Shown here: positions 20,580 through 31,775 of the stretch, piece by piece
How positions within the stretch are numbered: position 1 is the first letter of the stretch
How the letters are laid out: every line of letters starts with the position of its first letter
Assembly: GCA_013239625.1 (NCBI GenBank)
Contig: MU053334.1
Location: 248,001-312,000 of the forward strand
DNA length: 64,000 nucleotides
From: Lama guanicoe
Lineage: Eukaryota
Direction of reading: 5' to 3'
Translations under genes and position numbers: made by a program
The notes under the pieces: generated by a model
Told to the model about the DNA's origin: nothing
What the model saw: the letters and a program-made list of their open reading frames with translations, nothing else
The model's database searches: none

Positions 20580-21570
20580 TGGGGGCAAGGACGGGGACGT
20601 CGTGCCCGGGACTGAGCGCTGCCTGGGGCCCCTGCCCTCAGCCCCCAGCCCCCGCCATCGCTTCCCGGGCTGGGCGGGCAGGGGAAGTGGAAGGCCGAGG
20701 GGCGCCGGCGCGGGCGGAGGGCCGGGGGCGGGGGCGCCGTCCCGGGGCTGCGATTGGCCCGCGCAGGGCGGCGCGGTCGGAGTTGCGAGGCGGCGCGGCG
20801 AGGAGTGGCCGGGGCGGGGGTCTTCGCGGGGGCGNNNNNNNNNNNNNNNNNNNNNNNNNGGGCAGGTGTCCGGGGCCCGCCGCGGGTCCGAGAGGGGCGG
20901 CGCGCCCGGAGCCACCGCGGCCCGGGGCGCGGAGCCTGGGGCGGCCCCGGCGGCCCCGCGCGATGCGCCGCTCAAGCACAGACGAGTCCACGTACCGGCG
21001 CAGCCCGTCGCCGCCGGGCAAGGAGCCGGGCTTCGCGCGCGGCGGCGCCTTCTTCGGCCTGCACGCCAATCCCGGCCCCAAGGCGGCCCAGGCGCGCTAC
21101 ACGTCGCCCAAGGGTAACAAGTACGTGGTCTTCTACCTGGACCTCTCCTTCATCTTCCTCCTAGAGCTGAAGCGCTGCAGCATGGCGCGCGGCTGCCTCC
21201 AGGGCGTCAAGTACCTCATGTTCGCCTTCAACCTGCTCTTCTGGGTGAGTGGCCGCGGGATGTCGGGGATCCGGGGTCGCCGCTTCGGCAGGGGTACGTG
21301 GGGGACACCCGGGACGTGGACTGGGAGGCGTGCCTGGGGGTCGCCGCTCCCTCTGCGGGCCAGGGCTGGATCGGCCCCTGGGGAGGGTTTCCGGTACCTC
21401 TGGGGTCCGCCCCGGCCTCTGCACTCTGGGCGGCCGCCCCGCATCCTCTCCCTGCTCCTCTCTTCCTGAGACCAGGCGCGTCCCGCGCCTGCCGCAGGAT
21501 CGCCTCAGGCCCCGCGCCTGGCCTCTGCCGGGTTTAAGTCCCTGTCGGTGCGCGGGGCCGCGGGTGCCTT
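20580..21570 (+). promoter_or_regulatory. internal CpG island / alternative promoter of TSPAN4
   Basis: CpG-dense, with reverse CCAAT (attgg 20753-20757) and GC boxes (ggggcgggg near 20725 and 20811). A 25-N gap lies at 20835-20859. The island spans the first coding exon. Confidence 0.7.
20963..21181 (+). CDS. TSPAN4: putative 73-aa N-terminal extension of TSPAN4 (long isoform, 311 aa)
   Basis: In-frame ATG at 20963 with no stop before the canonical ATG at 21182. 68 of 73 codons end in G/C. Peptide MRRSSTDESTYRRSPSPPGKEPGFARGGAFFGLHANPGPKAAQARYTSPKGNKYVVFYLDLSFIFLLELKRCS. Confidence 0.6.
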
Positions 21571-24500
21571 CCCTCCGTCCCCTTCCTCCCTCTTCGTGGC
21601 TGCAGTGCTCGTCTCTTCTTGCCTCCCCTCCTCAGCAGACTGGCCTACCGGGCCCCAGGGACCACACTTAGGGAGGGGCTGAGGAGGGGAGCGCGGTGGG
21701 GCGGGAGAGGAGGGTGTGTGGGTGATTGCGCTGGTTGGGCCCGAGCCTGAGCAGGATGGTGGGCCAGCAGGAGAGGGGCCTGGCCTGTGCTGCCTCATCC
21801 AACGTGGGGGGGGCATCCATAACTTTTGCAGAGTTGGGTTGGGTTTGCTCAGATGAGGTGCCTGTGTTCAGGGTCAGAGGTGTTGGCGCTGCAGGGTTGT
21901 CCCCTCCCTGCAAGATTGAGAACAGAGGGTCCACCCGGTCCCGTAAGGGCAGAGAGGGTGCTGGGCTGGGGCTGGGGCAGGTGTCACACTTGGCTCCACT
22001 GGTCGTGCTGGGAGAAGGTTGGTGGAGACATGATGCCAAGGTCACACTCCCTGCTCAGTTGTTAATTCGTGATCGGACCCTCCTTCCACAACTGGGAGTA
22101 AGGGGGTGTGGCTTTAGCTCCTGCCTGGGCTCTGGGCCCCAGAAGAAGGCTGTCATTTGTAAGCTCATTTGCATGAGGTCCAGTTAAGGCCAAATGCTCA
22201 GAAAGCCCGTCTGCCTTTCTGCACCTCCCTTCCATCCTGGGCGCTGGCTTTCCTCTCCTCAGTTTGTTAAGGGGGGGGTGTCCCTGGGAGGGGTGGCCAG
22301 CCTGGGAGGCTCCTGCCCTGATGCCCGTCTCCAGAAGGGGTCACCCGCAGGTTTTCTTCTCTGCAGGGGGCTCCTGGGAGGGGCAGGCCCCAGGCCAGAG
22401 TGGAGGGGTACGCGGGAGGCCAAGAGCCAGCAGCAGAGGCGGTGTGCAGCTGGAGCTCTGCCCAGGCATGAGAAGAGGGGACTGTCTTCTCTTGGTGGGG
22501 GACGTTGACCAAACGTAGGGGCACCAGTGTGGTTAGCACTGAGCGGCTGGCAGGGTAAGCATGCCCTTGGCAGTGTGACAGGAGAAGGCTGCAGGTGACA
22601 GTGTGACCAGAGCTGGCAGCCATGGGTGTGAGGGAGGTGAGCCGTGTTTGTGGCAGAGTGACAGGGGAATGGGCTGAGGGTGTGAGGGATGGTCCTACGT
22701 GGTGGCAGCACCTGCTTCTCCCCTTCCCTGCCCTCCTCAGTGACCTCTGCTTGCATGGAGGAGAAGGGGTCCCTCAACGTGGCCTGTGCTCTGAGAGAAG
22801 CCCACCCCAATGGGCTGTCTTTGCCCTGTGCACCCGCAGGAGCCCCCTGCCAGCTGCAGGGTGGACACGCTCCACTGATCCCCATTGTGGATGCTGTCCT
22901 CAGCCTAGGGAAGAAAAGTCAGGAAGCCCTCTGGGACTCTCCCCTGAGGAGAAAATCCAATTCTCTTTCATTATCCAATTAAATTTCCCAGCCAAGCCAA
23001 CCGGGCCCCTGTACCAGCCTTGGCCCCTCCACGCCCCAGCTTCATGTCAGGGGAGTGCAGAGGCCTGCCAGTCAGAAAGTGGACCCATGGGAGATGTGCT
23101 GAGGCCAGGGGTGGGGAGAATGGCTGCAGGCTGGGCGCGACACTCACCCTGCTTTGTCCCTGTGCAGGTGCCAGCTGAGCCCTTCCTGCTGGGGACCAAG
23201 GCTGCAGGCAACAGGGTGGCGGCTAGAACATGCCTTCCCAGGGACGCTGGCTCCTTTGCTGCCTGGGGGCACTGGGCCCCCACAGGAGTGGTAGTTTTTG
23301 CCCCCAACTCCATTTCTCCCCGAGAGTGTCCTGCCTCAGCCTCCCCACTGTGTTTTTTAAGTAACACCGTTATTGAAATTTATGTGGTATTTATTCACAT
23401 ACCACACAATTAACCCATTTGAAATGTGCAGTTCAGTGCTATTCACAGAGTTGTGCAACCATCACCAAAATAAATTTTAGGACATTTGATTCGAGTCATG
23501 AAAGGTTCACCATGGGCTCCGAGGTGGTGGTGGGGGAGCCAGTGGGCTGGAGACCCTCTCCCCCTCACCTGTGTCAGTCCTGACTCCACCCTCCAGGGAT
23601 GGGCCGGCTCTGGCCATAATTGACTCCTCGTGCTCTGTTGGACAGGTCTCCCTGGGGGCTCCTGGCTGGAGTCCTGAGGGCAGGGCTGAGGCCTCCAGCC
23701 TTGGGTCCCAGTGGGGCCGGGAAATGTCAGTACCCATCTGTCCCAGGGTTGCTCTGCCCGTTCCTGGGTGGCCGGTGGGTCATGGACCCATCTCGGGAGG
23801 AACCAGGCCTGCTTGTTGTCACCAGTGCTTGGAGCTGGGGTGCCCTGAGAAGGGGAGCCAGGAGGGCGCAGGCGGGCGGCAGGGTCACTGGGGGAGGAGA
23901 GGCCCAGAGGGGCCGGCGCTGGGGTCTCTCCGAGCTCAGAGTGGCCAACTCCCAGAACTGCACCTGCCCTCCTGCAGCGGACGGGCCCTCACAGGCAAGG
24001 GGCAGCCCCCCTGGGGGTGCAGCCTCCCTTCTCTGAGGTGTGCACAGGGGGTCAGCAGCTTAGGGCCAGGGTCCCTGGGGCAGGGTGTCTCCTGGGAGCC
24101 CCATGCTGGTGATTAGGGCTCTGTGCGGGGCCCAGGAGTGAGGGCCAGGGGCTGAGCAGCCCCTGGGAAGCGGCCGGGGTTGGGCAGAGGAGGGAGGCGC
24201 CTCCCTGCCCCTTCCTTGCTCTGGGTCAGGTGTTCAGGGCTCCCCCAGGGACAGTTACCGCAGCCCCAGATGTAGTCTGGTTGGTCTGGGGATGGTCCTG
24301 GGTGGAGGCAAGGCTGGGTTCAGAAACGGTGAGGGTACTTCTGGGGCTCTCCTGTTGCCAGGTGCCATGCCCAGCCCTAGCCATGCAGCCCAGGTCCTCC
24401 TGAATTTGGATGAGCCAGGGTGGGTGGGCAGCTGTGAAGGGAGGGGGGTCCCTGACCACCCTGGTCCAGGCAGGGGTCAGGATGCCACAGGACAGCTGTT

Positions 24501-27500
24501 CTGCATGAGTTCTGTCCTTGGGGCCAGCAGCTGGCTGACTGGACAGATGGGGACTCTGGGGCCTGGGGATGTAACCCCTCTGTGGTGGCAGCACTGGGAC
24601 CCCTCCCCTGTTCCCCTCCCACCGTGCCCAGCCGTTGCCCTGCTGCAGTGCGGATGGCAGGGAAACAGTCCATTTCCCAATAATCAACTCCTATTAGGAG
24701 GTTGGTGGCTCCCTGGATGGGTTGGGGGTGGCAGGGGCTGGTCAGGGGGCTGTGGGCTCCGGCTGGCTCTGGTGCAGTCCTGGGTGGCCGTGTTTGGCCT
24801 GTCCACCCAGTGACCCAGACGGGCTCCGTGGGGCCCCTGTGTCAACCTGCTGGGAGGGAGGGTGAGGGGAGAGTCATGGCCTCTGTATGGGCAGAACCAC
24901 CTTCCAGACACAAAGCGGAGGCAGAGAGAGCTGCAGGCAGGGTGGGAGTTCTGTCTGGGGCAGAGAGGGGACAGGAAGCAGTGCAGAGGCCAGAAGGCCT
25001 GAGTGGGCAGAGGGGGCCGGGGTCCCAGCCCCACCCCCCACCCTAGGCCCTGTCCCCCGTTCAGTTCCCCAGCCCCTGTGCAGGGCAGACCTGGTTTCTG
25101 GTGCAGGGGACACATTCTGCCGTGCATGAGCTTCGTGACCATGGGCCCCCTCCCTGCTCCCGTGCCTGCTCTTGGCTGGGAGTGGGGTGTTGCCCGCCGT
25201 GCCCAGCCCCACCCTGAGGCTGCGTTGGCTGCCGGGTGCTGGGCTGCTGGACACAAGCTTGGCCCCTGTGGGCACGCAGCCCTCCACCCCCTTGCAAGGA
25301 CATGGCCAGCTGCCCGGCCATCTGCCACACTGAGCCATGTGGCCGGAGGGGCAGCAGTAGAGCACCGGCTGGCATCCACCTGCCATGGGCCTGGAGGGGG
25401 ACAGCATCACTAGCCTAGTGGTCCCCACCTGCCCTAGGCCAACCTGAAAAATACCTGGGCAAGGAAAGAGATGTCAGGAAGTGAGGAACACGCGCCAGGT
25501 GCTGGGCTGGGGCTGGGGGCAGGCGAGGGCGGTGGAGGACAGGGTGTGCCCTCAAGGTGTGTGCCAGGGAGACAGGCCACAGCTGACTGTGGGACTAGGG
25601 TGGGAGACCCCAGTGAGGGGGCTGGCTCCTCTCCCAGGCTGTCGTGGGGTCGAGGTCTTCTTCTTGGCCCCACCTGGGCTTCTGTCTGGCCCAGGCAGTG
25701 ATGAGTGGGGCTGGGGAGGTGCAGGGTAGGCATCATCAGGGTGGGGTGGGACCCCGGCCCCCCGGCCCCCCACTGCTGATGCCCTGGCCACCTGTCCTGG
25801 GAGAGACCTCGACCCTGCCTGTCCTGCGTTGACGTGCCGTCTAACGTGGCCCACTTTCTCCTGTACTTGGAGGCTGTAATTTTCTTGCCAAAAGGTTTTA
25901 AAAGCTGCGTACACAGAAACGTCTTCAAAACTACGGATAATTGTGTTAACCATGTGCGCATCTCAGCACGTCTGTGTGGATGTGCCTGAAAGTGGCGGGG
26001 CCTGGGGGGTTTGGGGCATGTCTGTGACGTGTGTCCGTGTGGTGGGTGACACTGTGTGATGCTTAAGGGCGTCTGACAGCCTGGGCTGTGTGCCGCGTCC
26101 CAGTGTGTCATGGCACGCACCTGGGTGACAGCCAGTGGATGTCTCTCCTGCCACTTCGGGGTGGAGGTGAGTGTGTTTCCTGGAGTGTTAAATAAAGAAA
26201 TGTTTCCACCAGGGCTGGGGGTGGGGCCCGGCCCCTCCAGGCCCCCCGACCCCTACAGCCACTCCGCCCGCAGTGTCCTCCCTGTGCACTTCCGTGCATC
26301 CCCACGGGGCGAGGGAGCTCAGAGGGGCTCACTTTCCTGCTGAAAGGAGCCATCCGCCTCTGTCCTTGAAGGCAGAGCCAGATGGGCAGGCTGTTGGGGT
26401 TTTAAGTAACAGTTCTCCCCGCTGCACCAGCATCTTCCCGCTGCTCAGGGGCAGCCCCACCCACCCCACCGTGGCCCCAGCCTAGATGTAACCTGGAGAT
26501 GTAACCCTCCCAGGATGGCTCCCAGCGCCAGCCTTTCCCAGCATCCTTGGAGATCCCATGAGACCTGGGACAGCCCCTTGGCTCCTGGTTTCTCACCTGC
26601 AGGTTGGTGGGGAGAGGGCTGAATAAGCCAGCGCCTGTCCCAGCCTCTTTTATGCCCCATGGTCCACACCCCCTGGGCGGACATGGGGTGTCCAGAGGTA
26701 CTGGTGGCCCAGCCTTGCTCCCTCTTGGCGGCCATGCCTGCAGTCAGCACTGTGGACAGCGCTGTCCCTGGCACCACGGGTGGGGCCTGCCCCACAGGGG
26801 GTAACGCCACCCCACAGGTGGGGGCACACACGTCTCCTGGCAGCACACACGTGCCCTGTCCTGGGGCTGTGCCAAGCCCAGCTCTGGTGAGGACGGACCC
26901 TCCTGGCACATCGCCTGCTGTCAGTGCCCTGGCTGGCCCCTGGCTTTCACACTCTGGCACACACCAGGCACACGTGCCCCCCACGCCCTTCACGGACCCG
27001 CAGGCCCCTACCCTGCTTTGCCCCGGGGAGGGGCTCAGACGGGCAGGATGAACAGGCCAGGGCAGGAGCCTCCGTGGGGGGCCTGGCGCAGCCTCAGCCA
27101 GCAGCAGCCAGAACAGGTGTGGCGTATAATTTTTAGACAGAAGCTCTCGTGTTTTGTGGACAGCACAAGGAGGGATAAGGTGGGGGACGGAGAGGAGCTG
27201 AGCTAACTGGCCCCCCATGGGGTAGGTGTGGGCATTCTAGCCTGGAGCTCTCCTGTCCACCTCAGCCAGCCCTGGGCAAGGCCGAGAGGGACCTCGGACA
27301 CCAGCAGCAGACTTGGGCCAGAGCCCCTGGTGCCTGCCCACACCCCTGGGATCCTGAGGCTGCTCCTGCTCTTGGGCTGGGAGCTGTACCGCCCCCACCC
27401 CGTAACTGCAGTCTTCCGCCAGACTGGCTTAATGCATGTGTGCTCCCCAGGGACTTAGTGAGAGTGGAGCAGCGGCCCCCACCCCTACCCCTGCAGCCAG

Positions 27501-30500
27501 GGCTGAACTGCTGGTGTGGGCAGGGCGAGTGAGTACATGTGCGGAGGGAGAAGCCCTCCTTAGGCAGGGGTTTCAGGGCCCATCAGGCCTGCCTAAGTCA
27601 TGGGGTATCTACCAGGGTCCAGGCCAGCCTCAAGGAGGCTTCTGGGCCCCGGGGGTGCAGGGCCCCATGTCCTGTCCAGTCGGCGAGTGGTGTGGAGCCC
27701 CCAGGGCTGCCTGGCCTCCCCCGAGCCTGTCAGCCATCCGCCTCCAGCTGGTCTCTCAAAGCCTCGGTTGCCTCAGGACCCAGAACCGGCTAGCATTTGT
27801 AGGGAGCTGCCTGCCCCTAGCCTGTGCCCTGGACACCTTCTCCCGTTTTATCTCGGGATGGCTCAGAGACCTCAGAGTCCTGGGGGGCCAGAGCCGCAGC
27901 CCCTCAGCTGCCCTGGCTCCACCCTGCTCCCCACCCCTAGGAGGTGGGCATCCCTTCCTCACGGAAGGCCGAGAGCCCGCCTTGGATTCACCACCGCCTG
28001 GCCTTCTCCCCTTCCTCATTTTAATTGATTTTTGTAGTAACAAGCAATTATGGAGCTCAATAAAAGCTGCAGTGGTGAAGGAGAGGTGGTGGCAAGGGCA
28101 CGTGGGGGCTGCACTTCAGAAGGGATGGTTAGGGGAGGGCGTGTGGGGGCCCAGCCGGGGTGACGGGACAAGACGGGGAGTTCGGGGGGGCCGCCCGGGA
28201 CCTGGCGGGACGCTCACCTGCTACTCTGCCGTCCCTCTCTCCCCGCCTGGGTCCCAGCTGGGAGGCTGCGGCATCCTGGGCGTTGGCATCTGGCTGGCCG
28301 CCACGCAGGGGAACTTCGCCACCCTGTCCTCCTCCTTCCCGTCCCTGTCGGCCGCCAACCTGCTCATTGTCACCGGCACCTTTGTGATGGCCATTGGCTT
28401 TGTGGGCTGCATCGGGGCCATCAAGGAGAACAGATGCCTCCTGCTCACTGTGAGTCAGGGCGGGGCGCTGGGGCCGGGCCGGGCGGGGCCCCCCTTCACA
28501 GGACACAGACACACAGGTGCCCGCACACCCACACGCATGCCAGGCAGGGCCCCTTCAGCCGGTACCGGGCCCATGCTCTCTGACACCACCTCTCCCATGA
28601 CCCCTCCCGGCTCCTGCCCCTGCCCTCTTGGCTCCCCAGGACCCTCTGTTCAGAGCTCCCAGCCCTCGCCTCAGCTTCGGAGGTGGATTTACAGGCAGGA
28701 TGTTTCCATCCTGGGGAACATCAATCACAGGAGAAGGATAAAGGACCCCTGGGCCAGGCTATGCCTATTAGTATGCCTGGCAGCGGCCTCTGGCGGCTGA
28801 CTCAAGCCTGAAATCACCTGCTTCATCTGGGGCCTCTGTCTGAGGAGCCCTTGCTGGGGAGGGGCCTCCCAGAGGGTGCGTCCCCTGTCTGTGCAGCTAC
28901 CCAACGTGTCCAGTATATGCCCCAGATGTTCCCTTCAGGGCGGCGGGCAGGGGTGGAGCTGAGGCCCCCAACCCTGACCTTTCCCACGGGGTGGCTTGGA
29001 GGTCAGAGGCTAGTGCTCCACTGCTCAGCCCGGCCAGGGCACCTGGGCTGAGGTCAAGGCTGTGACTCGAGGTACCACCACCCAGTGGGCCACTGTGCGG
29101 TCACAGGTGGGGGCTTCTCTAGCTTGTTCCTGCCTGAGTGGGCAGTGGCCACCCCTGGCTGTCCTGAGGGATGGGACCTGGGGGTTGGGGGTCACTGCAG
29201 TCAGACCTTGGGCATCGCCGCACCTGCCCGCCCAGCACAAGGACACGGGTCCGGGGCACACGTGTGTGCTCGAAGACGTGAGGCTGTGCCCAGAGGCCGG
29301 GCAAGACCCGACCGCCCCGGCACAGAGACTGGAGGGCTCCGAGGGAGGTGGGCAGCACGAGTGGGGCCCGCAGGCCTGGCCTGGGGGCTCGGGCTGAGGC
29401 CCGCGCCCCACCCTCTGGGGGCAGCTGGGGGCTGGGTCGCTGAGGCCGCCGGGTCCTCGCCCGCAGTTCTCCGTGCTGCTGCTGCTGGTGTTCCTGCTGG
29501 AGGCCACCGTCGCCATCCTCTTCTTCGCCTACACCGACAAGGTGCGGCTCCCCCACTGCGGGTGTGGGGCTCCATCCTCACCACCACGAGGGCCACGGTG
29601 CACAGGCGACGAGGGGGCAGGGGCCCTGGCACGGCGTGGACCACAAGGGGACCCGGCCGTGCATCTAACTTCAACCGCAACCACTGGAGGCCGGGCCTGG
29701 AGGGAAACGCTGGGGCCCTGGAGGGCAGAGCAGTGTGAGCTCCCAGGCGGCCCCCAGGCTCGGCCCCCTGCTCCTGCTGACTTCAGCTGTGTATCAGCTG
29801 GATGGGGAAAATCTATCCCCCATGGATTTATTTCATGACTTACACCAGTGAGGGCTCATCTACGATATTCTGAGTTACACACTCCAGGACTGTTTTTCTT
29901 GCTCGTCTGTCTTAGTTTTGGTGGCGAGGAGCGCTCACTTGCTCCTGAGTGGAGGTGCACTGAAGGGGGTGCACCTCCTCTCTGGGGAGTCCCTGCCCCA
30001 GCCCTGGACTCGGCCATTTCTCCAAGGAGCCTGGTTCCTTTCCTGGAGGATGGTCTTAGGAACGAGGACCTCGGCCCTCTTGGCCGACAGCGGGGAGACG
30101 AGCGGGTCCTGACGGGTGTGGGCAGACGCAGCTGAGGGTTTCTGTACTGTCTCCCTCTGAACATAACTGACGGAGGTCGTGCTGATGTGTCTGACTCGAA
30201 CCCCGGGCTCAGCACCACGGGTGGCCCAGGGAGACCAAGGGGCAAAGGCCTGAGCCTGCTGAGGGCTTCTGGGAGGGGGTGACTCCAGGAAGGGGGACAG
30301 AAGGCACGGGGTGGGGGCCTGGGCAGAGGTGGGGTCTGGACGAGGTAGGTGGAGCTGGCTGCAGGGTGGCCCCGCTGTCCTGCAGATCGACAGGTACGCG
30401 CAGCGGGACCTGAAGAGGGGCCTGCACCTATACGGCACCCCGGGCAACGTGGGCCTCACCAACGCCTGGAGCATCATCCAGACAGACGTGAGTCGGGGCG

Positions 30501-31345
30501 TGGCAGTGCCGGGCGTGGGCGGTGCCAGGGCGCGGCCAGGGGACAGTCCCAGCCCGCACTTCTTCCGCAGTTCCGCTGCTGCGGGGTCTCCAACTACACC
30601 GACTGGTTCGAGGTCTACAACGCCACGCGCGTGCCTGACTCCTGCTGTTTGGAGTTCAGCGAGAGCTGCGGGCTGCACGCGCCCGGCACCTGGTGGAAAG
30701 CGGTGAGGCTGTGCCCTTCCCCCGGCTCTGGCCCCGGGGACTTGAGGGTGGAGCGCCGGCCTCGCAGCCCCCTGTGACGCCTGCTTTTCCTCCAGCCCTG
30801 TTACGAGACGGTGAAGATGTGGCTCCAGGAGAACCTGCTGGCCGTGGGTGTCTTCGGACTGTGCACAGCTCTGGTGCAGGTAGGGGGTGGGGCTGCCACC
30901 AGAACCGCTGGACCCACCCCAGCCCCCGCCTTCTTCCCCATGGCAAGTCCTGAATGTGGCAGCATCAGGGAAACCCATCTCCGGGGTGCAGACGGGGGTT
31001 GCAGCCAGAGCGGGCGGACAGCACCAAAGGTGCTGATTGCAGTTGGACTAACGGGCAGAGAGCAGCTGCTGGGGCCAGGCCTGGCACCCCTGGGCCCTGA
31101 CGCCACCCGTGGAGGCCAGGGTGGGTGGCCAAACCTGAGGGGAAGGGGTCTGGGCTGAGCCCTAGGGTTACAGGCCATCCAGGCAATGGGGTGGGGTCAG
31201 GGTGCCTACTGCGGCAGGACCTCTCTGGGCTGTCATCCCTGGAGCAGCCCTGCCCAGCTGCCACCTGTCCCCACAGATCCTGGGGCTGACCTTCGCCATG
31301 ACCATGTACTGCCAGGTGGTGAAGGCGGACACCTACCGTGCGTAG
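21182..31345 (+). CDS. TSPAN4: tetraspanin-4 (NAG-2), 238 aa, 7 coding exons
   Basis: Exons 21182-21244, 28258-28449, 29467-29541, 30386-30487, 30571-30702, 30796-30879, 31277-31345, all phase 0; sum 717 nt. Begins MARGCLQGVKYLMFAFNLLFW, contains FRCCGVSNYTDW...VPDSCC and ends KADTYRA*. Confidence 0.97.
23352..23490 (-). mobile_element. old LINE-1 3' end fragment (L1M-type)
   Basis: AT-rich island (tttattcacataccacacaattaacccatttgaaatgtgcagttcagtg...cagagttgtgcaaccatcacca) that resembles the antisense L1MA/MB 3' UTR as recalled. Confidence 0.7.
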
Positions 31346-31769
31346 GCTGCGTGCTGCCTGCCATCCCTGCTTCGCTGCCAAAGGATGTTGCCCACTGGGG
31401 AGAGGACCACGTCCCCACCTGCCTCTCCCGTTGCAGGACTTCTCACCAGCTTGGGCATCAGGAGGGGAGGAGCAGGCAGCCAGACCCCCCCCAGGACTCC
31501 TAGCCAGGCCTGTGAACGTGATGCTGGATGGGGTGGCCGAGTCCTGGCCTGGGGCTGGGGTCGGGAGGGGCTTCTGGCAGTTTTTACACCCAAGTATTCA
31601 CCAGAGTAGTGTTTTCCCCAACAAACCCTGTCCAGGGCAGGCGGTTGGGGCCATGCACGGGTTGGGGTGGGAGGTGAGGGCTGACCGCTGGTCCTGGTGC
31701 TCGAGGCGGGGCCACAGCCCCGCCATCCACATTCCACAGCGGGGCCAGGGTAGGCTCTGGGTGCATCTT

Positions 31770-31775
31770 AATAAA
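31770..31775 (+). terminator. TSPAN4 polyadenylation signal AATAAA (second candidate at 32118-32123)
   Basis: First canonical hexamer, about 425 nt after the stop codon. Confidence 0.7.

Noticed and set aside
20429-20962. Further upstream part of the 346-aa ORF containing the TSPAN4 extension
   Set aside because: It crosses an N gap, so the frame is unreliable. It starts at a non-ATG codon and is G/A/R/P-rich promoter sequence without the codon bias seen from 20963 onward.
27436-28800. 454-aa ORF, the longest in the track
   Set aside because: Only 28258-28449 is real (a TSPAN4 exon with proper splice sites). The flanks are intron read-through of low-complexity composition.
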